64,000 nt of DNA. Source: Hormiphora californensis (lineage: Eukaryota; Animalia; Ctenophora). The notes under the pieces were generated by a model. That model saw only the letters and a list, made by a program, of their open reading frames with translations, was not told the origin of the DNA and searched no databases. Below are positions 1 through 14,895 of this stretch, piece after piece. The stretch is from positions 3,348,001-3,412,000 of the forward strand of contig CM035351.1 of NCBI GenBank assembly GCA_020137815.1, written 5' to 3'. The position numbers were made by a program, and so were the translations under genes. Each line of letters opens with the position of its first letter. Within the stretch, counting starts at the first letter, position 1.

Positions 1-405
1 CCACCGTCAAATGATTCCTCACTGGCACCCCACTAACTGCTACCCAGCTGCCAACAATGGCCCAACTCCAACTAGCAGCTGACAATTACAGAAACTCTAA
101 CAACATGGCTGATGGCATTCTCTCTAAGGTAGAGATGTTGGGTAGTGAAACAGATTATCTCATCACCCTAACTTGAATACTTCATCCACCAAATCATACA
201 CTCCAAATCCTTTCAAAGGGAAGCCGCTGGATAAATGTTCGGGCGCCTAAAAAGCAGAACTAATAAGCTGTTACCTACTACCTCGGTAATCTTCAGCGGC
301 AGATCAAATGTAGATTACCGCCGTGGGTGTTTTGATTGAGATTAGAGACGGTCACTGGTCAGTGTAGTTTGAAATAGACGGCCTGATTAACCAAACTTAC
401 ATTAA

Positions 406-1294
406 CCCTTTGGGGACGATAAGCCCCCTGTCGACAGAATTCTCTAAAACTTCCTGGAGACACTTACTTTGAACCTACTTGAACGCAGGAAAAGGAATTT
501 CGGTTCTACCACCTGTATTTCTATTGGGTCACCTGTGACCCAATCGTCCCCTAACGCTAAAACAGGAATTGAGATTTCGCGGCTATTTTGCCCCATAACT
601 CGAAAACAGCTCATTTTAGGCCCTATGTTTCTTCATAACACTTATATAAACCCGGCCATTCTGCACATTTTGCACACCCTATGGACCTCTCTATCTCATC
701 TGTAGCCGATTTTAGAATTTCAAAATTGGCCGAGATGAAAATTTTTATGAAGGAGCACGGATCTCAAAAAATTTTTCATCGTCTCCTTATGATGTTGAGA
801 TAACAATGATGGAGTCGGTTAGTCGCTAGCACCAGTTTTAAAAATGCCGTTTTAGACTGTAGACATTTAACGGCGGCCATTCCTTTAGAAATGCTCGTAA
901 AATGCAAATTTCTGTTTTAGCGTTAGGGGACGATTGGGTCACAGGTGACCCAGCACTTTGAAGGCCTCTGAGGGGCACAAAATTTGTAATATCACCCTGA
1001 AACTTTACCCCGGGGTAAAATACACACTTTTCTTGCATTTTCCAAGTCCATTTTAAGTACACTCGTACCAATTTTGAGATATGGCCATTAAACTACCCAT
1101 TTTGTCTACTAAATGCACTGTTTTAGCCCTGTTTTCCGAAGTCGACAACTTCAGAGGCTAAAAACGACCTCAAAATGGTAGAAAAATGTATGTTTCAACC
1201 CTGGAAACAACTTAAAACTTTCAAACATGATCTATAAAGACGCTAAATGGGTTCAAAGTACTGGGTCACCTGTGACCCAATCGTCTCCAAAGGG
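406..1294. mobile_element. Non-autonomous piggyBac-like DNA transposon (MITE)
   Basis: TTAA at 402-405 and 1295-1298. TIRs CCCTTTGGGGACGAT / ATCGTCTCCAAAGGG match at 14/15. An internal inverted repeat (~525-565 vs ~910-952) and three copies of the palindrome TGGGTCAC-nn-GTGACCCA are present. No transposase ORF. Confidence 0.85.
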
Positions 1295-2028
1295 TTAACT
1301 CTAATCTTGGCGACATCCCCAGCGATCACAAAGGTCTAGACCGGTCAGGGTGAAGACTAAAATCCCGATAAAACTAATACAAAATTGCCACTCACGAGTA
1401 CCTACCTACTTTAAACCCCGCTAGCAGCTGCAAATCCTCGGCCTAAGGAAGCCCCTGTGGTAAAACTGCAGGAAACTAATACAAATAAAGTACTCAACTA
1501 ACACATGTAATCTGACCTCCAGGATTTACCCTATGTGACAGTGAGCAGTTTTGTGTTCCTAAAGTTCTTCGTCCCTGGAATAATGAATCCCAAACTCAGC
1601 TATCTGAACAGCCACCACCCAAACATTAGGATATCACGGACTCTGATGCTGTGTGCCAAGGTACGTGTGGAGAAAAGAACATGTGCTATAGACAGTGGGT
1701 AATGGCCGGCTATACATGTCATGGTATACAGTAGACAGTAGCTGCTATTGCCAAGTAGAATTTTAGAGAATATCTCAGGGATGATTATTAGAAGCTTGAT
1801 AGTGGAGTGATAGTTATACACAAAGTTGGCGAGGATTAAAGAAATGAAGCGAGCGAGGGGAGAGAGCTTGAGAGAGAGAGCTAGACCAGATAGGTAGATG
1901 TAGAGCAATAGAGAGCCAAACAAGGATTAGTGTACACATGATATAATAGTTATAATAACAGGAAGGAACGCCTAACTGCACTCCAATGTGGTCCAATGAA
2001 TTGAAATGAAAGGATGTCGCGAGGGAGG

Positions 2029-2075
<47 letters not shown>

Positions 2076-2180
2076 TTAATTAGCAGTTATAAGAGAGACC
2101 TAAACAGCCAGTATATAACACGGATGTCGGATAGACTGCTTTACTGCTGCTATTGGCTAATCTGATTTGTTTCCTCTCAG

Positions 2181-5030
<2,850 letters not shown>

Positions 5031-6339
5031 AAGATGTCAGAGAGATTAAAATTTCAATTTGAGAGAGAAAATTTAGTTGTAGAGATGACTATCGTAGTCT
5101 ATATCTCTCTGACTTGTTCAGAAATCAGACTCTCTCACACCGCTGTGAAATATGTGCAGTGCACAGTGAACTACAAAGGTGATATACTTTGTGTTTGACG
5201 GTAGTTGTTATAGATACCATTCGAGCTACAAATCACTTTGATCAGAGATTGAAGCAGATAAACTTCAGTGGCCTAAGAAGAGAGTCTTCTTATTGGTGTT
5301 GTGAGAAAGTTATTTTGTGTCTGATAAGTGATCAGCTGTACGTAGTAGTACTAGAAAGTAGTTCACAACTGTTATAGTGTGATTTGTATGATACGCCAAG
5401 TGTGAATGCCCTGCAGGAGTTTTAAAACGTGTGTTAGTTTCAGAGATCTTGCAAAATGATCTTGCAGGACGATCTTGTGTTGAAAATTATGTACTTGTTC
5501 AAATTAGAAGAATTCATTTTCTCTCATCCTACATATGACATTCAGGTAGAATTTAAAAACTTTGTGCACTCAACCTCCTCCACTCTCCCTCCGTCCTCCC
5601 CCCTCTCTCTATCTCTATCTCTCTATCTCTCTCTTTTGTGTCACAAAGTATCGATCACGCAGACTCGACACGACTTTCGCACGCAGATCTCAATTTGTTG
5701 GATATCGCATGGACAAGGTATACCAACTGTCGATCTTCTTACTCCCCTCCCAGAGCTAATTTGAAAAGTATTACTTTTTCTGGCAGTGGCCACTGCAGAT
5801 GATCTTTACAATTTGCTTGTCAATTGACTGTCTACCAGCTCCCCCTCAGCTACCAACTCAGTGCGTCATCAGTTCATATCAAGCTGTATCAGTCTATGGA
5901 GTTGCACTTCTTCAGCTACGTTTCTGGGTGTTGATTTGACTTTTATTGCTAGACCCTTTCTCAGTTCTCATAAACTTCGTAATAGAAGGATTAGAACATT
6001 CATATATCAAGATTCAAGTGTTGACTGTTGATAGATTCACTACACTTTACAGCTGTTGCAGCTTTACTTTACAGCTGTTAAACTATGGCAAACCCCTCGG
6101 TATACTGTGCATCATACAGTGCTATCACTCCCATACACTGCACACTGACCCTCAAAGAAACTGATGTCAGTCTCAAAGGTACCTCTCCCCTCTCTCTCTC
6201 TCATTGCGCAAGCTACTCTGTTAGTCAAAATAAGACCCAACAACCAACTAGTAAATATGTTGGAGTTCTAATTCATACTATAAAACTGCTATTCTGTATT
6301 GTCCAGTGGTACCTTGCAGGGCCAAAGTACCACAACCTA

Positions 6340-8012
6340 ATGGAGGAGAGATTGCTGCAGTCTCGGCTGAACCACCTAGAGAACCAGTTACGTAGAACTA
6401 CCCTGGTAACACAGAGACAACAACTTCACATCCAGAAAACACTAAACAACATTCCCAAACCTTCAAAGAACCTAGATCGAAGAGTGGCCGAGGCATTCAG
6501 GTAAATTATACTCCTAGGGCACTATTCTACTAGTAGTACTAAGGAGACGAGGGCAGCTGAGGCATTCAGGTAAACAGAGCTCTACTAAAGGGAGAAAGGA
6601 GGGGGTAAATGTTGTAAGCTAGTTTTACATTGAGAGAGCTAAACTCGGTGGAAACTCTGAGTAAGTTTGAGAAAGGCGGGAGAGCTGTCTAAGCTGAGCA
6701 GGATGCACTGTTATTATGTTTGAGGAAATCAGACAATGGAGCTCCTGTGTGTGAGAGAGAGAGAGAGAGAGCATGTTGAGCAGGCTGTGACACACACACA
6801 GTACATGGCGTGTACACCTGCACATATACACATGCTAAGGAGTTAGTGTGTGTATCTCACATAGTAGGTCTTTTGAAGCATAATTCACAGCAACTGAGAA
6901 ACAATATGCTAGACGGCTTTCCATGATGTCCCCTCTCCCCGCAAAAAGACATTCTCCCCATCCCAATAACGGCCCCTTCCAACCGCAAAAATTCCCTCTA
7001 TCTCCCTCGCCCCCAAAACAACTAACAAGTCCCCTCTCTCGCCCCAAACTCAGATTTATAATGGCGGAGGAAGTTTACAGTTTAGAAGACCAGAGAAAGA
7101 GGGCTACAACTCCCAGTGCAACCGACCACACTGTACAGAAAGCCAGTACAATCAAAATGGGCACCTTAGGAGGGGACAGCGACTCATCCAGTTCATTTGA
7201 AGATAAGTCCCGACTTCTCAGGGTCGTCAGGCGGAAATCTGTATCTAAGAAACCAGAGGTGGGTAATGGGTATATCATCAGCGTTTTTATATAACTCTAT
7301 AACTGTTGCAGTAGGGAATCCCACGCTACAATAATATCTAGATCACGTAGTAGTAATATCGGAGATAGTTTAGTACTCAGTGACTAAATTAAGTACTCAC
7401 ACACTGTCCAGGGAATGGAACCTCGTGCCGAGAGTGGTCAGGAGAGGTGGAAGATGGTCAGAAAGAGTTTAGCGCCCTCGCTCCGATTCCAAAGGAGGGT
7501 CCTAGTTATGGAACCAATGAGGAGGACAAGCATTGCAGGAGACAGACAGATTAGTAGGTGGTCCAGCATTTCAGTCAAGGTAAGAACACTAACTTCTTAA
7601 AGGGGGGGGGGGGAGAACCATCGACTAACTTGTTGTATGGGGGTCTTTGTAACTGACTCACGAGGACAGTGGGTACGCCGAAATAGTTCGAAATATAATT
7701 TTAGTGTTTTCAACCAGCATGAAACTAACATGAAACACCCTGTAGGAGGTAGCAGCAAGTGCTGCTGCTGTCCAGAAGAAGAATGATTTGTGGAAGAAGC
7801 TGGCCAAAGCAACGCAAGAGAAACTGCTAGAAAAGAAGAAACCAGACCAAATTCAGAGACGGAAATCAGTAGCTGCATTGCCTGTACAAGAGAAACTGCC
7901 GGTTTGGAAAACTATAACGTACAGGAGACGTACCTCGGATGAGGTTTCTAGAAAATGGAAGGGCTTGGTGGGTGCAATCAGTGAAAACAATCGGAAAGTT
8001 TTTGCTAGGTAG
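6340..8012 (+). CDS. Uncharacterised 5-exon protein; N-terminal coiled coil, then a basic disordered region
   Basis: Exons 6340-6500, 6623-6660, 6891-7258, 7412-7578, 7746-8012 join in frame with GT-AG and phases 2,1,0,0. No recognisable domain. Confidence 0.6.
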
Positions 8013-8381
8013 ACTATCAAATGACACAGCTGCATATTCATAAAACGGCTACATGGCTGCTGTACTATTTGTTTATGTTTATTCCATCAACAGGACATGT
8101 GTGTTGTGTGTGTTTATCCCATCACGACACGTGTTGTGTGTGTTGTGTGCTAGTGTCAATATTATAGAGATGGGGGTACAGATCATGTAATTATAGTCAC
8201 ATGGTCATGGTAGAAAGTTGGGGGACATGTTTGGGGAAATGGTGAGGAAAAGGAAACGATGGGATCACAGATTTACTTATTATAAAACTATAAAATTACA
8301 AAACTAATACAAACCAGATCACAGATTAAATATTTTTTAAGATTTCGTTAATTTTATGGGATTTCAAGCTTAGAATTCACT

Positions 8382-9656
8382 TCAAACGCTTTTATTTCCA
8401 AAATCATCCCCACAGTTCATTTCAGCCATCTCTTGCGTTATTTTAAACAGTTCATACGCACTCACCTTTCTCGAACCCGTCAACAGTTTTTGAATTTTCG
8501 CATGCTTCTCAGCTTCTATTTTAGTCTTTCTTATTGATTTCAAATGTTTCTCTTCAACTAAATCATCGTCACTCAAAGGAATAACCAAGGGCTGCTGATC
8601 AAGTGAACAGTCTTCCAAATTACTAGTACCAGTATCACCCTTATCTTCAGCTACGTCGTTGTACTGCTTCTTGTCGCCCGATGAAGCACCCCTTCTCTCC
8701 CCTTTTTGCAATTGTTCTTCAGCGATCATAAGATCAAACTCCACCGCGGACAACCTATCAGAAAGCAGGCTGCACTCTCGAGTACGATGTTTTAGCAGGT
8801 CGTCATTGTGTTGGTAACTTTGCTCCAAACTCACAAACCTTTCCAACAGATCCATATAGGCTTTATCCTTCTGTGTTAAACACTGCTCAGTAGCGTTCAG
8901 CTTCTCAACCACCAACTTGTGTTTCTGGTTTTGCTCGTATTCAGATATGTCCTTACCCAACTTTAAAGATCTAAGGTAGGCTTGGACTTGTTCCAGCTCA
9001 CACTCCACACTGTTTAGATATTCGTTTTTGTCATCCAGCTGCCTATTCAAGTATGATACTTGTAGCTCAGTCTCTGCAAGTTTTTCAGTCAAGTCAGTGC
9101 AGTCACCACATCCTTGATCATTGAGCCAATGAGAGTTGTCGACATAGTAACTTGTAGCAGGGAGAAGATCGTCCTCAAAGAAACCCTCGCCCTCGCCATG
9201 TTCTTCACCATTTACTCCTTCTGCACTACTGAAATCCTCTTCCGGCTCCTGGTGCTCGTAAAAGTCGTGTGTTAGGGAGCCGATATCGTGGAAGGAAAGA
9301 CTTCTGCGGTACTCGTGCTCCTGAATCGCTGACTGGTGACAGTAGCCATTACCAAACGACCTAGCATGCTCTTCGTGAGATGGGGAAATTCCATAATACT
9401 CCCTTGAGCCAGTCCTTTCCGGAAAATAGCCCCAGTTGCAATATTCATCACGATCATCTTCATACTCGTAGTCAGGAGATTGTTGTGCCACAGTCGATAA
9501 ACCATCCCTTTCCTCTAGTGAGGCATTGACCAAAGGAAGGTCGCCCTCATCGGTTGGGTTAAATATTTCATCCCGAAGCCCGTAATCGTCTTCCTTTTCA
9601 TCATCTAGATCATGGAGTGTCCTAGATCGTTCTCCAGAAGCATACTGTGTCTTCAT
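8382..9656 (-). CDS. Intronless 424-aa orphan protein; acidic N-half, coiled-coil C-half
   Basis: Long ATG-initiated ORF. Heptad-like region LAETELQVSYLNRQLDDK...LEQVQAYLRSL. A CATAG acceptor lies just upstream of the ATG. Confidence 0.65.
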   Translation of the reverse strand: MKTQYASGERSRTLHDLDDEKEDDYGLRDEIFNPTDEGDLPLVNASLEERDGLSTVAQQSPDYEYEDDRDEYCNWGYFPERTGSREYYGISPSHEEHARSFGNGYCHQSAIQEHEYRRSLSFHDIGSLTHDFYEHQEPEEDFSSAEGVNGEEHGEGEGFFEDDLLPATSYYVDNSHWLNDQGCGDCTDLTEKLAETELQVSYLNRQLDDKNEYLNSVECELEQVQAYLRSLKLGKDISEYEQNQKHKLVVEKLNATEQCLTQKDKAYMDLLERFVSLEQSYQHNDDLLKHRTRECSLLSDRLSAVEFDLMIAEEQLQKGERRGASSGDKKQYNDVAEDKGDTGTSNLEDCSLDQQPLVIPLSDDDLVEEKHLKSIRKTKIEAEKHAKIQKLLTGSRKVSAYELFKITQEMAEMNCGDDFGNKSV

Positions 9657-10450
9657 ACAGTTTACTATGTAGGAATAAATCTTGTTAGGTGGTTTTTAAA
9701 AATTTCATAATCACAGTAATTTCGATTCTCCATTAGCTTTGCAAGAAGTGCCCAAGCCGCTATAGTAAAGCCAAAACTAAAGGCCTTAATGTGTTGGTAA
9801 AAATACATATCATATCGCCGGTTCCTGATGACAGGCTGAAAGCCGACAGGGGAGACGAGGTTGGAAAAATTTTACGAGGATGAGACCCAGATAATGATCA
9901 ATTTCATCAGGGACTGACAATATGGGCGCTTGAAATTGGCACAAGGTAACCAGGGGCATTTTTACTTTACTTTTGAGACTGAAACCAAAAGCAAGAAAAA
10001 GGAACTCGAGCGCTATTTTCAAGAGATTTCAAGAAAACAGTGCGCGGCAGCGCAGTAAATAAAAAATTCGCGCCGCGCGAAGTAGCAAATCGCGCCGCGC
10101 AAAGAAGCAAATCAGAAAAAAATAAAAGCTCAACCGAATTTTGAAACGAAAATTTTTCTTCGCAAAGTCAAAACCCTGCGTTCAGGCTTGAGGCTTCAAC
10201 TCCCGCAGCTCCCGCAGCTTGTCTTTCTCGGCTCCTTTGTCTTCTCGTTCATCAGATGACAGTCCAGTTAATCTACCAATGATCACTGATTCGTTTAGAT
10301 TAATTTTAGCACTCAGAAAGTTCGAATTGGGTCCAAAACGAATCTGCAAGCATTTCCGAAACTCAGTATTCACGCCTCAAACGGAGTACCCTGTTTCCAT
10401 AAACTTTAAACATTAATTGTCTTTAGGGATTAGATGGGTAGATTTTCACA

Positions 10451-13408
10451 ATGTCAGGTATTCGTTTTAACGAAAAGGAGCTACTACTTTACGCATTATC
10501 TGCGGAAAATGCCACAGTCCAGGGATGTGTGAGGAAGAAATCAAAAAAGTACAAACACAAAAGTCTTTGGCTGGTACTGAAAGGGAATCTACTATTTATC
10601 TTCAAGTCATCATCTGCCCCGCTGAAACACGAGGCTCCACACAGCTGCTATGTTTTGGAATCCTGCTATCCAGAGGTCACAGACTCAGGGTTTTCGATAA
10701 CCTTCAAAGACGTGGATAAAGATAGGATCTTGTCTTTTGTTTGCAACTCAGAGCACTCCGTCGAGTGGGTGAGATTCGTTAAGGAGGCGAATTTCAAGCA
10801 CCTCCGCAACCAGCTAATGTACTACAGATCCATGATAAAACAAATGAGTTGTGCAAGCAGCACCAGCAGTTTTGACAGTGTAAACCTCTACACGCCCAGG
10901 AACTTCATAGTGCTGATAAAGCTACAGGGGTTAATTTGCTCCCAGTACCAATGTGACGTCAAGGTTCACCTTAGCACGGCCGAGGGTGAAACTATTCTGA
11001 GATCGGAGGGTGTCCGCTACTGTCCCAACGAGATGACCTTCTTCACCACCTGTATAATCAGTTCCAGCACTTTCCGAGACCCCTACATCCTGACAATATA
11101 CAGGACAAGCCATGCTGCCAAGCAACATAACAGCTATATTAAAGTTTGTAAGGTGGAGGTGTGTTTTGCTGATACAATCCCACCAGATGCGATATCTGGG
11201 GAGTTTGTGGCACCAATAGAATCTCCTAACGCCTCTGGTATCGCCCATATGTTCCTAGTCAGCTCCTGTGATGTGTTAAGCAGTGTTGTAAAGTTATCCA
11301 ACCATCGTTCCTCGTGTCTCTTCTCAGAAACTATTCTCCCTCTCTCTGTCAGTGAGAAAGATGAGGTGTTCAACACTGTCTTCAGCAAGACCTTCTCCCG
11401 GCATTTTGCAGTTTGTAAGGAAACCCCCGATGATATCTTACTGTTAGAAGAAGCTATCCTGTCTCTTGTTTCCACTCCTGCCATAACAACAGCGTACATC
11501 TCGTTCTTGTTAAAGGAGGATAAACAACTGATGGAAATTCTATCAAACTTCCCGGATGATATCATAGACTACTCAAACCTACAATTTCGAATTGATGTAA
11601 ACGACCAACACCTGCACTCACTGACGCACAATCACCGGACTTCTCTCCGCCGTTCAAACTATCACAGTCTCTACCGACCATCTAATCTTGCACTGTACCG
11701 AGCCAAGATCATGGATTCCCGGTCTCACCATTACGAGGTGTTTGATAAAGTCGTTATCTCGTGTCCCACCAAGAGCACGGATGCGACAAAAGAGGGTGGT
11801 CTCGACTGGATGTTGTCAAATGAAATGGTCAGGGTTGGATTTGAAACGTGTCGTGAGCTTAGCACGATGAAGGAGAGGATATCGGGGCTACGACAACAAC
11901 TCCAGTACCACATGGACATCCTTCCTGGGGTGATGGGTAACTTTAATGCGGATGAGATGATGAGGCATTGGAATGACATAGAGGCGATATCTAACACTGT
12001 TATTAAAGAATGTACCCGGGCTGAGGTAGCGGATCTGGTTATCTCCCTGTCCTCTATCCTGGGTGAAAACTGTCCTCTGTATGTGTGGGTGTCCGATGAG
12101 ATCAAGTACATTGAACCTACTTGGAGCGTTTGGCCCATTTCCAGATCAGTAAAGAACCAAGTTGAGGCTCTGGGCAAGGAATGCAATTCATTTAACGAGG
12201 AGTTTAGGTCGGATCTCTGGGTGGAAAACATCTTTCTACCCTGCCTGAAGCTGCAACGAGATCTAGTGTCCCTGATCAAGGTCTCAGTATCAGGACTGAA
12301 CTTCAAGATCCACATGACTCAAAACGCGATTGCCCCGATGAACAGATTCGTAATGAGAAGTGATGCGGTAACATCTCAACTTCTAACCGCCGTCATCACA
12401 TCCTTCTACAGTGCGATATACACGTACATGGACGATGTTTTCTTTTGGTTACACATCCTGAATGTTGGCTTCTTCGTTCAGATCGAGTCCTTGTTGTCCT
12501 ACAGAGGAGCAGAGAGAGTGTTGTTAGAGGACCTCAATGTTGCTGTTAACATGCTGAGAAGGAACGTGAGGCTGGAGATTGTCTGTGGGGGCACGGCACC
12601 CTTCCTAAAGGGTAGCAGGTACAGCATGGTGGTGTGTGTACCGGTCCCGGCCAAGATATACGCCTTGTTACTTGATGTGTGCCAGAGTCACAACAGTAGC
12701 AGGAAGATATCTATACATGTCTGTCTGTGCAACCAGCTTCTCAGTAAGACTGAGGGGGACAGGCATACCGAGCTGGAGGAGGGTTTCATTAGGAAGATTA
12801 ATAATAGGAGTTTGGATTATGTTAGTAAGGTGGTGGGTGGTAATACTACCTTCTATAATAATATTGAGGATGTTACCAAGCTGGACCAGGTGTCCAGGGT
12901 TATTGAGCTGTTAGGGAACAGTTGGGAGGAGGACCCGGGAGAGGTGCTAACTCTTTACCAACGACTCGGCAAACTTCTCTGTGCAGGTATAAACACACAA
13001 ACAAACAGACAGACAAACAAACAGAGATACAAACAAGCAAACAGACAGAGATACAAACAAGCAAACAGACAAACAGACGTGACAGAGATACTTCAAAAGC
13101 GTTGAAATTTGTTTAACAAGAAACAGACACTCCGTGATGCATGACAATCTTCACACTCAAATTCCCCTCCAGGCCAGATAGTTGTGTGTGCAACGGGCCT
13201 GGATAACACGGCCATGTCCGTCAGTTACTCCCTCCACCGCCATCTAAAGGAGGAGTACGGGATCAGTGAGGAGGGAGGAGGGGGCGGGGAGGGGTTGTTG
13301 AAGGGACTCAGACAGGGGGTGTTGTTTGAGAGGGCAGGGGCAGTAAGGAGTTATCCTTACTACGATCTACCAGGCAGAGATAACATGCATAAGGGATACT
13401 TTTGTTAA
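10451..13408 (+). CDS. INPP4: Type I inositol 3,4-bisphosphate 4-phosphatase (INPP4)-like protein with N-terminal PH domain; catalytic motif degenerate
   Basis: Exon 1 10451-12986, phase-1 intron 12987-13172, exon 2 13173-13408. N-terminal IRFNEKELL plus PH-like WLVLKGNLLFIFK. GFFVQIESLLSYRGAERVLLEDL and CATGLDNTAMSVS align to INPP4 [23 protein letters not shown] and CKSAKDRTAMSVT. Confidence 0.8.
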
Positions 13409-13902
13409 TTTGGAAATTGTGAAAATGTGATTGAAAGAGAGAGAGAGGGAGAGAGGGAGAGAGAGAGAAAGTGTCAGGGAGTGAAAGGGCATACTATGCA
13501 TGCGTATATAATGCAGTAGAGCTTTTTTGTGAAAGAAATTCAAGTAGCTCTATTAGTGACGAGCATCCTATAGAGAGAAAGTAAGAAAGCGATAAAGGCT
13601 GGATGTTAAAAGATGATCATTCATTATCATATTGATATTGCTGCAGAGCTCAACTGGTCAGCTTGCAAGTAGTTGTTCATTGATTTGTTTGTTAGGTGCT
13701 AGCTGGCGGTGTGAGTCTTTGTTAATTTAAGTTGGAGCAGTTAAATCGATTTTTATTTTATTTTTTACAAACTTAATGAATTGTTAAACATTCCTATGTT
13801 TTGAATCATTGATCATATTTATATAACTTACCCATACTCGATTATAACTATTATTATTCAATTAATTAATTATCACTTCCAATATTTAGCCGTGTTTTGT
13901 TA

Positions 13903-14826
13903 ATGATTGGCCAGTTGTTCCGCCACACCAAAGTATTCTCTTGTTCCTCCCACCCCTCCCTTGCATCTTCCATCGCAACATCCCTCTCCTGTCCCCTTAT
14001 CCCTGTCAACCTCGGTACATTCTCTAACGGTGAAACTAAGATTGCCCCCCTCTCATCAGTGGGTCATGGGGAACATTGTATTGTGGTCCAGTCGGCACAA
14101 ACTAACGACCAGCTTATGGAGACCCTCCTGACTATACAGGCGTGTAAACAGGTGCCCGGTACATTTGTTAGCGCTGTACTGCCCTGGTTGCCCTACACTA
14201 GATCGGACAAAACAGAGGGGAGGAACTACCCCATAGGATCACGGCTTGTTTGCAATATGTTGGAGGGTGCAGGGGCTGATCATGTTGTTACCGTGGACCT
14301 TCATTCACCCCAGATAGAGGGGTTCTTCTCCATACCATTCTCTCATCTCCAGACAACTTCTCTGATTGCTGACGAGTTGAGAGGAAGGGATGTTGTACTT
14401 GTATCCCCCGATGCAGGCGCTATGAAGAAAGTATCCGCACTCTCAGACCTGACCGGACTACCCTTTGCTCTGATCCACAAGGAGAGATGTCCTGAGAGTG
14501 GGAAGATTTCCAGAATGACCCTAGTTGGGGATGTTAGGGGTCGTGGGGCAGTGATAATTGATGACATGGCAGATACCTGCGGGACAATCTTAAAAGCAGC
14601 CCAGTTGTTGGTAAACCAAGGAGGGGCTGCCACCGTCGAGGCGATATTGACCCACGGTATTTTATCGGGTGGAGCGGTGACAGCGATAGAAGGAGAGAAC
14701 AGTTTATCTAGGATGTGTGTCAGTAACTCTCTCTCACAGACCGGTAACATGACTCTGTGTCGGAAGTTATCAACATTTGATATCACAGATCTCATATTAC
14801 AGGAGCTTACTAAATTCCCCTGCTAA
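13903..14826 (+). CDS. PRPS: Ribose-phosphate pyrophosphokinase (class I PRPS), intronless and divergent
   Basis: Motifs FSNGET, DLHSPQIEGFF, VSPDAG, FALIHKER, LVGDV, IIDDMADTCGT, THGILSG. First ATG at 13903. Confidence 0.93.
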   Translation: MIGQLFRHTKVFSCSSHPSLASSIATSLSCPLIPVNLGTFSNGETKIAPLSSVGHGEHCIVVQSAQTNDQLMETLLTIQACKQVPGTFVSAVLPWLPYTRSDKTEGRNYPIGSRLVCNMLEGAGADHVVTVDLHSPQIEGFFSIPFSHLQTTSLIADELRGRDVVLVSPDAGAMKKVSALSDLTGLPFALIHKERCPESGKISRMTLVGDVRGRGAVIIDDMADTCGTILKAAQLLVNQGGAATVEAILTHGILSGGAVTAIEGENSLSRMCVSNSLSQTGNMTLCRKLSTFDITDLILQELTKFPC

Positions 14827-14895
14827 CCCTCCTCTTGTGTCTCATATTGTGTGTCCTGAAATTTTGTAATTTTATTCTCCGTGATTTCTAGACAG

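Noticed and set aside
12987-13105. C-terminal QTNRQ repeats of the 884-aa ORF
   Set aside because: This is read-through into a repeat-containing intron. The spliced exon restores INPP4 homology.
13903-14826. Horizontal transfer of a bacterial prs gene
   Set aside because: The signatures (FALIHKER, DDMADTCGT, FSNGET) are eukaryote-type. Being intronless alone is not evidence of transfer.
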